The notes under the pieces: model-generated
Database searches by the model: none
The model's input: only the letters and a program-made list of their open reading frames with translations
Told to the model about the DNA's origin: nothing
Translations under genes and position numbers: made by a program
From: a virus
Lineage: Duplodnaviria > Caudoviricetes
Virus record (IMG/VR): IMGVR_UViG_3300028802_000001
Span: 833 to 64,832 of that record
Direction: 5' to 3' (one strand)
DNA: 64,000 nt
In this document: piece after piece, positions 56,713 through 64,000 of the stretch
Layout of the letters: every line of letters begins with the position of its first letter
Position numbering within the stretch: position 1 is the stretch's first letter

Positions 56713-58314
56713 GTGAGCATCTTGCACAGCAGGCGGACGGCGTTAATCGGAGGCATCGGTGCAGGATTGCTTGTGCCCCGGCGCGCAGATGCGAATACGG
56801 TGTTCACCAGTTTCGGCTTCAAAGCAACTGGTACGACAACTGATCGCACAATGCCTGATCGGCTGGCTGAGATACATAATGTGCTCGACTATGGTGCCGA
56901 TCCAGGTGGTGGAAATCCATCAGTCACCACCCCAGCAATTCAGGCGGCGGTTGACGCTGTCGTGGGGGCGGGTCGAGGGAGGATACATTTCCCGTTAGGG
57001 TCATATCAGACGAACGCACCAATCACATTTAATTATGATGGTGATTTAAGCATAAATTTCACCGGAGATATCGGTTCTGTCATCTTCGGCAATTTCAATG
57101 GCTATATTTTTGACAGGAACATTGCTCCTGTCACGGTCACGATTTCCATTGCGTCCCCAGGCGTCATTAGCGAGACATCGCACGGGCGACTGGCTGACGG
57201 ACAAGTCAGGTTTGCAACTACAGGCGCGCTACCTACAGGGCTTGTTGCCGGTGTTATTTATTACGTCAAGACGGTGCTTTCGTCGAGCACCTACACGGTA
57301 TCGGCAACGGCTGGCGGGACTGCCATAGTTACCACGGGTTCGCAATCTGGAACGCAGACGCGCTTGCCAAACAACACTTCTGGCGGCCGAATTTTTGAGC
57401 GTCTGATTATTCAAAATGGCCATGCCAGTGGCGGCGGCGTCAGGATAGGTGCCACTACAGGCGCGGCGTTTCGCGATTGTTTGATAAGTGCGTTTATCTG
57501 TGTGACCACAGAAGACGCCGTGGGGGTTAGTTCACAAAATGTGTTTTTTCAAGATTGCACAATGTCCAATGGCGGAGCTGTCTCCGGGTCGCACTTTATT
57601 ATCATCGGTGGCGGCGGGTCTATTGAAGGCTGTACTTTATCCGGTGCTGATACAGCAGTCAGGGCTTATGGTTCAGGGCTTTCTATAACTGGGTGCCGTT
57701 CTGAACGGTGTAATACATCCTACCTTTTTGGTGTCGATAGCGGGGATAATCCTGTTGGCTGTTCTGGGTTTTCGATAATGTCGTGTTCCACTGAGGGATG
57801 TTGGACATCCTACCATCTGGCAGGGCCATGCAACGGCTTTGCAATCGTGGGCGTAGGTGCTCTCGGGCATGATGCTGGAAATTCTGGCGTTGTCCCAGGC
57901 ATCATGGGTTCGCAGTATGGACTTCGCATCGACGCGGATTGCGCTAGCAACGGAGTTATCCAGTCGTGTACTTTTGGGGGTGACTTTCAGGCAATAGCCG
58001 GTCTTTCATTCGCGGGTGCGACAAGTCGCGGTAACGTCGTGGTCAGAGAGACTAATGCCATTTCAAATAACGGTGGCGGTGTGGGGTGGATTTTCCCGTC
58101 CAATGCCTACACAGCGCAATTCTTCAATAACAATGAATCTCCTCTGTGGACGTTTTCGCAGCTTCCTTCGGGCGGCAATGTACTTGAGGGCGACGAATAT
58201 GATCTTACTGATGCGAACTCTACCACATGGGGCGCGAACGTAACGGCAGGGAGCAGTTCTGGCCGCGTCAGGGTACGCTACAACGGCACCAATTGGACGG
58301 TGATGGGCAAATGA
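56713..58314 (+). CDS. Pectate-lyase-3-like beta-helix tailspike with twin-arginine-type signal
   Basis: SRRTAL..hydrophobic..ADA|N; DRLAE..NVLDYGAD...AIQAAVD...FP.G.Y. Confidence 0.75.
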   Translation: MSILHSRRTALIGGIGAGLLVPRRADANTVFTSFGFKATGTTTDRTMPDRLAEIHNVLDYGADPGGGNPSVTTPAIQAAVDAVVGAGRGRIHFPLGSYQTNAPITFNYDGDLSINFTGDIGSVIFGNFNGYIFDRNIAPVTVTISIASPGVISETSHGRLADGQVRFATTGALPTGLVAGVIYYVKTVLSSSTYTVSATAGGTAIVTTGSQSGTQTRLPNNTSGGRIFERLIIQNGHASGGGVRIGATTGAAFRDCLISAFICVTTEDAVGVSSQNVFFQDCTMSNGGAVSGSHFIIIGGGGSIEGCTLSGADTAVRAYGSGLSITGCRSERCNTSYLFGVDSGDNPVGCSGFSIMSCSTEGCWTSYHLAGPCNGFAIVGVGALGHDAGNSGVVPGIMGSQYGLRIDADCASNGVIQSCTFGGDFQAIAGLSFAGATSRGNVVVRETNAISNNGGGVGWIFPSNAYTAQFFNNNESPLWTFSQLPSGGNVLEGDEYDLTDANSTTWGANVTAGSSSGRVRVRYNGTNWTVMGK

Positions 58315-59939
58315 TATTGCCATTGTGGCGGGCAGTTCTTTTGGCCGGCGGGTCTTGGCTCGTAGCGAAGCAAGCCTTCGCCGCTGATGTTGCCTTCACA
58401 ACATATGCATTTCCTGCCACTGCCACGCCAACTTCGATCACCCTGCCTGATCGGCTTGCGCAGATAAAGAACGTCAAGGACTTCGGCGCGACCGGAAACG
58501 GTGTCACCGATGATCTTGCAGCTATTCAGGCCGCTTTCGATTGGACTGTCGGGGCATCCAGGGGGTGTCTTTATTTCCCTCCTGGGACTTATTACGTCTC
58601 TGGCCCAATCGACATCAGTACCACGTCAACTACCGTTTATATTCTTGGAAGCATGGGGGCTTCAACTCTCGTTGGTAACTTTGCTGATTATGTCATTAAA
58701 CGATATTTTCTTGGGCCTGATCTTGGAGGCTCCGGCCACGTCATTGAGAAGTTGACCATCATCAACAGCAATGCTCTTGGTGGTGGAATAAGAATCGGAG
58801 GGTGCGTCGGTGCCGCTGTTCGCGATTGTGACATCACGGCGAACTTTGGGATTGATACCGACAACAGCGACGTGTTTGGTCCTCCAGGCGGTCCTGGGGC
58901 TTATTGGTATTCTGTCGAGGTCAGTATTGAGAATTGTCACATGCGGGCCTATACCGCGTTGGCTACTGGTTCAACTGGAATGGCTCGCGGTGGAAATGGG
59001 CCTACGAGCAACTGCACCTTCAAAAATTTTGACACAGCGTTGCGGACATATGGCGGCCAAGGGGCGCACAACTATTTTGGGTGCTATTTCGAAGGGAACA
59101 ACATTGCGATAGCAAACTCCACGCCACCTTATCCAGGGGCACTTCACGGAACGGGTGGAAGTACGGGTGGACTCGCGTTTGTCGGTTGCCATTTCAAAAA
59201 TAATGGCATCGCAATTGATTTTGTTGCAGGCATCACGCGATATTCTGGTCTTTTCATTGAGGCGTTGGAAGGTACAATTCCAGGAGACCCACAGTATGGG
59301 ATCACTGTAGAAGGTGGTGGAAGTTGCGCATTCGAAGGGATTTCAATAACGGGTCAGTATGCTGTTGCTGGCGTTCAAATGACAGGTGGCGAATCCGTTT
59401 CCTCACCGTCAGCATGGATGGGCGTCGGTGTGACTAATACCAGTATGGCTGGCGGCGCTGTGGCTTGGGATTTGCCATCAACCGCTAAGTCTATGAATAT
59501 CATTGAGTGCAACGTTGCGTCTGTCTGGACGATGGCGGAACTTCCAGCCAAGACCTATACTCTCGCAACAGCAACGTGGTCAGGTGGCACTGCAAGCATA
59601 ACTGTTGTTGGCGGTTCCGGTGATCTTCCAACAGGGCAAAACCTGAACGTGACCATATCGGGAGTAACGCCGTCCGGTTATAATGGTTTCTTCTTTGCAA
59701 CCGTGACTAATTTTAATGCATTTACCTACACGGTTGCTGATCCAGGTGGCCCCGGTACTGTTATGGGGACCGCATTTGAAACTGCGGCATCCAATCAAGG
59801 GGCTAATGCTGTTGAAGGGGTGACATACAATGTCAGTAATGCCGACACGGCAACGTGGGGTGCTGCTGCCGTCAGCACAGGGTCAAACCACTGCAAACTC
59901 AGGTTTACGCCAGCGGCGTGGACGGTGATGGGGAAATGA
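58311..59939 (+). CDS. Pectate-lyase-3-like beta-helix tailspike with signal peptide; paralogue of 56713
   Basis: ...AKQAFA|AD; DRLAQ..NVKDFGATGNGVTDD.AAIQAA...YFPPGTY; both end WTVMGK. Confidence 0.78.
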   Translation: MILPLWRAVLLAGGSWLVAKQAFAADVAFTTYAFPATATPTSITLPDRLAQIKNVKDFGATGNGVTDDLAAIQAAFDWTVGASRGCLYFPPGTYYVSGPIDISTTSTTVYILGSMGASTLVGNFADYVIKRYFLGPDLGGSGHVIEKLTIINSNALGGGIRIGGCVGAAVRDCDITANFGIDTDNSDVFGPPGGPGAYWYSVEVSIENCHMRAYTALATGSTGMARGGNGPTSNCTFKNFDTALRTYGGQGAHNYFGCYFEGNNIAIANSTPPYPGALHGTGGSTGGLAFVGCHFKNNGIAIDFVAGITRYSGLFIEALEGTIPGDPQYGITVEGGGSCAFEGISITGQYAVAGVQMTGGESVSSPSAWMGVGVTNTSMAGGAVAWDLPSTAKSMNIIECNVASVWTMAELPAKTYTLATATWSGGTASITVVGGSGDLPTGQNLNVTISGVTPSGYNGFFFATVTNFNAFTYTVADPGGPGTVMGTAFETAASNQGANAVEGVTYNVSNADTATWGAAAVSTGSNHCKLRFTPAAWTVMGK

Positions 59940-60039
59940 CCACTTGGCAAGGCTGGCCAGCACCATAAGCCTGGATTGGAACTCGCACTAGCGTCGTGTA
60001 ATGCTGTAATATATCGTAACAATCTGAGAGGCTCACAAA

Positions 60040-60609
60040 ATGTCCGGCCATCTTCTGAAGACCATCAACCCAGAGGCCGCCGAGGAGGCAGATAACGGCT
60101 GGAAGCCGGCCGGACCTCCACTCGTGGAGGATGTTGAGGCAATCCCGATGGGGATACATGAGGGAGTGCCTTTTGAGGAGGTGCCTATGTTGGCTCTCCC
60201 GTCTGTTGGCATGGATGTGGTCTATCACCTTCGGGATGGCGATGCCCGCAACATGCGGACGAAGTTTCCCGCGGTCGTGCTCGATGCCGATCCGGTGACA
60301 AGCACCCTGTCAATTGTGGTTATGGTTGACGCTGGCGACCTCTGGCGGCAGGACCGCGTTCCGCAATATGCGCCGCCTGAGGCAGGGTGGGGTTGGGTCG
60401 GAAGTGGGCGTATGAATCCTCAATTTGTAGTCCCAGAAGGGGTGGGTGATGATGATTACACCCATCCGGGCGACATCACCTGGGAGAGGCAAGGGGGAAC
60501 GGGGGATGTGGCCGCTCTACAATCGACCATCACCTCGCTGGAGGCGCGCATTGCTGCCTTGGAGGCCAAGCGCGGTCCTGGGCGGCCTCCCAAGTTGAGG
60601 GACGAGTAA
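60040..60609 (+). CDS. Hypothetical protein with C-terminal coiled coil and AT-hook (KRGPGRPPK)
   Basis: GAGG RBS; motifs seen. Confidence 0.55.
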   Translation: MSGHLLKTINPEAAEEADNGWKPAGPPLVEDVEAIPMGIHEGVPFEEVPMLALPSVGMDVVYHLRDGDARNMRTKFPAVVLDADPVTSTLSIVVMVDAGDLWRQDRVPQYAPPEAGWGWVGSGRMNPQFVVPEGVGDDDYTHPGDITWERQGGTGDVAALQSTITSLEARIAALEAKRGPGRPPKLRDE

Positions 60610-60748
60610 AATGTTGTGGTGGCGGACCCGGAAGGATTTGGTGACATGCTTGCCTGTTAATGTCGTACAATCGCGTGGCGACTACACGATACCGGGCGGC
60701 ATCATTTGGGTTCGTCCGACTCCGCTTTGGTTTTGGGCAGTATAACCG

Positions 60749-63085
60749 ATGGCCTTCGAGCGCATCGACACCCCTCCTGACGACGGCATGACGATTGAGG
60801 CCGAGTCGAAGGACGATAATCGCCTGCCAGAGGCCGCAACTCCCATTTCCAAACTCCCGAAAGGGAAGCAATTCGACTGCCTCAAGGCGCATTGGCGCTC
60901 AGATGCGGATCATTCCCGTGAGTGGCGCAAGAACGCCGACTTTTGGTTTGGATTTCGGGCTGGCGAGCAATGGACCGAGGAAGACAAGGCGTTGCTCGAT
61001 AGCCAGGACCGCCCCCACATCGTTTTCAATCGCGTCTTGACCATCCTCAAGGCTGTGGCCGGGATGGAGATCAACGGTCGCCACGAGGTGGGATATCTCC
61101 CGCGGGGGACTGAGGACACCAAGGCTAACGAAGTCCTCTCGGCCGGCTCCAAATGGATGTCCGATGAGTGCGATGGAGAGGACGAGGAATCCCAGGCATT
61201 CGACCAGTGCTGTACGACCGGCATGGGATGGGTGGAGGAGCGCATTTCCTTCACGAAAGAGCCCAAGGGACTCTACGTCGAGGAGATGATCGACTGCCGG
61301 GAGATGTACTGGGACCGGCGAGCCAAGAAAAAGAACGTGGCTGATGCCAAGCGCATGGCGCGCGTTCGCCGGATGTCCTATGGCGATGCCGCTAGATTGT
61401 TTCCGGGGTTTACGCGGGACCAGCTTGATGCGGTGTGGGCCATCGAGGGGTTACAGGATTATCCGCTGCGTTCGATTGAGGAACGGCGACGGCGCAACAC
61501 CGATACCGATACGATGCTCTATGATGATCAATGCGAGGTCGTCATTGTTCACATGCAGTGGGTTGAGTTTGAAACCTACTGGCTGATTGCCGATGAGGTC
61601 GAAGGCAAGATCAGCGAATTGACCGATGAGCAATACCAACGGCTAGTCCCGCGCATGAAGGCGCTCGGGATGGAATTGCATGCCGCAAAACTTGAGCGGG
61701 AAATCTATAAGCAGGCGTTCCTTGGGAATGAGTTGCTGAAGCCTGCTGGTCCCGCGCCAATCAAGGGACAATTCTCCTGGAAATGCATTACCGGCGAGAT
61801 CGATGCACAGAAGAACGTGTGGTTTGGCCTCGTCAAGGTGATGCGCGATCCGCAGATGTGGGCCAACAAGTGGCTCAGTCAAATCTTGCATATCCTCAAT
61901 ACGACGGCGAAGGGCGGCATCATTGCCGAATTGGATGCGTTCGAGGACATGACTGAGGCGGAGCAGGGTTATGCCCGGCCTGACACGATTACCTGGGCGA
62001 CGAAGGGTGCGATTAGCGACCAAAAGATCATGGCCAAGCCAGGGGCTGGCATGACGGACGGATATTTGGGTCTGATGACGTTCGCCATCTCGTCCGTGAA
62101 AGATGTGACCGGCATTAATCTGGAATTGCTCGGCCAGCAAGATCAAAATCAGCCCGGCATCCTAGAGGCCATGCGCAAGCAAGCTGGCATGACGGTGCTG
62201 GCGACGCTGTTCGATTCGCTGCGCCGGTTCCGCAAAGAAGTGGGGCGCACGCGGTTGTACTTCATCCAGACGTTTCTGTCGGATGGCCGTCTCATTCGTG
62301 TGGCGGGCCCTGACAGCGTCGAGGCGGTGGCTCTTGCGAAGGACAAGACCGTTGGCGAATATGACGTGGTGGTCGATGACACGCCCACGAGTCCAAACCA
62401 AAAAGAGCAGAATTGGGCAATCATCCAGCCGCTTCTGGCGGTATTCAAAGACCAACTTATGGCCAATCCGCAGGTGTTTGCGCTGTTGCTGGAATACTCG
62501 CCACTGCCGGCGCGTATCGTTGAGGCCATCAAGGGCTTCATCAAGCAGGCGACGGAAGACCCGCAGGCTGTCCAAGAGAAGCAGGAAGACCGCAGATTGC
62601 TGGTGGACGCTCGCCTTGCCGCCACGGCCAAGGACCAGTCCATCGCCGAGATGAATCTCAAGAAGGCGAGCGCCACAGAGGCGACGGCGATGTACGATAT
62701 CGCAATGGCTCGCAATCTGTTGGAAGACAACAACATGGCTGGGCTCAAGGCCCACCTTGATGCTATGGCGGCGGCTGCGAAGGCCAAGGAGGCCGATGCC
62801 AATGCCGCCAAGACGGGGGCGGAGGTCGAGCACACCAACGCTAAGACGGCCCGTGAACTGGCAGGGATCGGCACTGATGCGATAGACGCTCATGGGCGTC
62901 ACCTACAGGCACGGGCTGCGGCCCATTCGACCCTGGCCGATGCCCATGCCACGCGGGTGGGTGCCCACGGCGAGATCATGGGGCGGATGATAGACCATTT
63001 GCAGGGCGTGGCGGCTGCGCACAAGGATGTGGCGCATGCAGCCAAGCTCAAGGCTGACGCTAGACGGCCGAGGACGGCAGCATGA
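60749..63085 (+). CDS. Portal protein (P22-like)
   Basis: GEQW, RP...NR, G.GW, MRDPQ...NK..S, VTG.N..LLG, GEYDVVVD..P.SP. Confidence 0.9.
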   Translation: MAFERIDTPPDDGMTIEAESKDDNRLPEAATPISKLPKGKQFDCLKAHWRSDADHSREWRKNADFWFGFRAGEQWTEEDKALLDSQDRPHIVFNRVLTILKAVAGMEINGRHEVGYLPRGTEDTKANEVLSAGSKWMSDECDGEDEESQAFDQCCTTGMGWVEERISFTKEPKGLYVEEMIDCREMYWDRRAKKKNVADAKRMARVRRMSYGDAARLFPGFTRDQLDAVWAIEGLQDYPLRSIEERRRRNTDTDTMLYDDQCEVVIVHMQWVEFETYWLIADEVEGKISELTDEQYQRLVPRMKALGMELHAAKLEREIYKQAFLGNELLKPAGPAPIKGQFSWKCITGEIDAQKNVWFGLVKVMRDPQMWANKWLSQILHILNTTAKGGIIAELDAFEDMTEAEQGYARPDTITWATKGAISDQKIMAKPGAGMTDGYLGLMTFAISSVKDVTGINLELLGQQDQNQPGILEAMRKQAGMTVLATLFDSLRRFRKEVGRTRLYFIQTFLSDGRLIRVAGPDSVEAVALAKDKTVGEYDVVVDDTPTSPNQKEQNWAIIQPLLAVFKDQLMANPQVFALLLEYSPLPARIVEAIKGFIKQATEDPQAVQEKQEDRRLLVDARLAATAKDQSIAEMNLKKASATEATAMYDIAMARNLLEDNNMAGLKAHLDAMAAAAKAKEADANAAKTGAEVEHTNAKTARELAGIGTDAIDAHGRHLQARAAAHSTLADAHATRVGAHGEIMGRMIDHLQGVAAAHKDVAHAAKLKADARRPRTAA

Positions 63086-63435
63086 AATCGGCTCGTTACG
63101 CCCTGTCCCGTCATCTGCCAGTATTTTTCGAGACGGAATTGCGTGGTGTCTACCGTTTCGATGAAATCACGGTATTGCCCCCTGAGGACGCACCTCGACC
63201 AGAAGGCATGAGCCCTCTGCGTCGGCCGCCTTACGGGAAATATCGCGAACTTGTATCGGCGCGGTTTGGTAGTTACGATTTAGAGGTATATTCACCAAAC
63301 GAGCGCCCGCCATTGGGCGAAGTCGTCCTGAAATATCCTGACGGTGAGATATCCGGGCCGCTCGACCAAGTCACTTGGCAGCGTTTAGGCACATTCATTC
63401 GCAACCGAGAACCGAGGAAAACCCATGCCGCGTGA
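63082..63435 (+). CDS. Hypothetical protein between portal and scaffold
   Basis: ATGA coupling. Confidence 0.5.
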   Translation: MKSARYALSRHLPVFFETELRGVYRFDEITVLPPEDAPRPEGMSPLRRPPYGKYRELVSARFGSYDLEVYSPNERPPLGEVVLKYPDGEISGPLDQVTWQRLGTFIRNREPRKTHAA

Positions 63436-64000
63436 AACAGCCGATCAGCCAGCCGGCAACGGGGCTGATTTCGGGCTTGACGCTGACGAACAGGCTGCAT
63501 TTGAGTCAATGAAATCGGCTCCGGTCGAAGTTCCGGGCGAGCCGCCTGCCGAGCCATCCCCGGCAGAACCGGCGGAGCCAGCCCCTGATCCAGTGGCGGC
63601 TGAAGGGGCAAAGGCGGCACCTCCTGACGCTGACGACGATGACGAGCCTGAAGGGGCTCCTGCGGCCGATGGAACGGTGCCGCACCCGAAGCGTGTCTCC
63701 TACAACAAATACAAGCGCATCGAGGAAGAGCTAGCACTTGAGCGCACCGCCAAGCAGAAAATGGCCGAGGATCAGGCTCGCCTCGATGAGCGCCTGCGGT
63801 TGATCAACGAGGCCCTGACACCCCAACCGCAGGAGCCGACTGACGAAGACCCGGAGCCGGACCCGGAAACCGATATCTTTGCCCACAATGCGTGGCTGCG
63901 GCGGCAACAAGTCAGGATGCAGCAAGCATTCGATGAGCGCATCGGCCAAATGGAGACGACGCGGCAGACCGAAACGTCGGAACAGCAGCTTGCATCCACC
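63425..64000 (+). CDS. Capsid scaffolding protein (truncated by window end)
   Basis: Open from ATG 63425 to the end: acidic Pro-rich N-terminus, coiled coil, PDPETD motif; lies after portal. Confidence 0.7.
   Translation, partial: MPRETADQPAGNGADFGLDADEQAAFESMKSAPVEVPGEPPAEPSPAEPAEPAPDPVAAEGAKAAPPDADDDDEPEGAPAADGTVPHPKRVSYNKYKRIEEELALERTAKQKMAEDQARLDERLRLINEALTPQPQEPTDEDPEPDPETDIFAHNAWLRRQQVRMQQAFDERIGQMETTRQTETSEQQLAST

Larger units (their letters stand above)
1..64000. mobile_element. Near-complete podovirus-like bacteriophage genome, probable alphaproteobacterial host
   Basis: Capsid, portal, TerS/TerL, ejection proteins, endolysin, recombinase, helicase; no host housekeeping genes; dense operons with overlapping stop/start codons. 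Confidence 0.96.

Noticed and set aside
60682-60885. PFGSLE in a minus-strand ORF as another tag copy
   Set aside because: Antisense to the portal gene; a chance occurrence.
1-64000. CRISPR array, diversity-generating retroelement, retron, tRNA genes
   Set aside because: No regularly spaced repeats, no reverse transcriptase motif, and no tRNA cloverleaf seen by eye; a tRNAscan run would be needed to exclude tRNAs fully.
1-64000. Integrase, att sites or CI repressor (prophage status)
   Set aside because: No recombinase catalytic motifs or S24 peptidase repressor found and no flanking host genes; lifestyle left undetermined.
1-64000. Stop-codon reassignment
   Set aside because: TAA, TAG and TGA all end full-length conserved genes under the standard code.

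Overview
The window holds most of the genome of a tailed dsDNA phage with podovirus-type organisation: N4-gp56-type major capsid, P22-like portal, ejection proteins and no tape measure. The host is probably an alphaproteobacterium, based on GcrA, a GapR-like gene and a VPGP-type PEP-CTERM tail. The window starts just before the capsid gene and ends inside the likely scaffold gene, so it looks like a circular permutation with little missing. Gene order: head/tail/ejection (1-19.7 kb), expanded lysis cassette (19.7-23.8 kb), leftward recombination/early operon (23.8-30.0 kb), rightward regulation/replication/DNA-modification operon (30.1-40.2 kb), then TerS, TerL and portal separated by two accessory islands of about 9 kb. 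I recognised no integrase, CI repressor, primase, DNA polymerase or replication initiator. Three observations stand out. (1) About 13 genes encode proteins with N-terminal export signal peptides, mostly with paired cysteines. They include tail-fibre/tailspike/decoration-type proteins and small partner proteins, which suggests a periplasmic arm of virion-appendage biogenesis or a secreted glycan-attack arsenal. (2) A short [F/W]-G-S-L-[A/G] peptide tag sits at the termini of five unrelated proteins and is encoded by different codons each time, which suggests a capsid cargo-loading or processing signal. (3) A densely structured non-coding region of about 540 nt lies between a ProQ/FinO gene and the helicase. 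All family assignments come from motif recognition by eye; no database searches were run.
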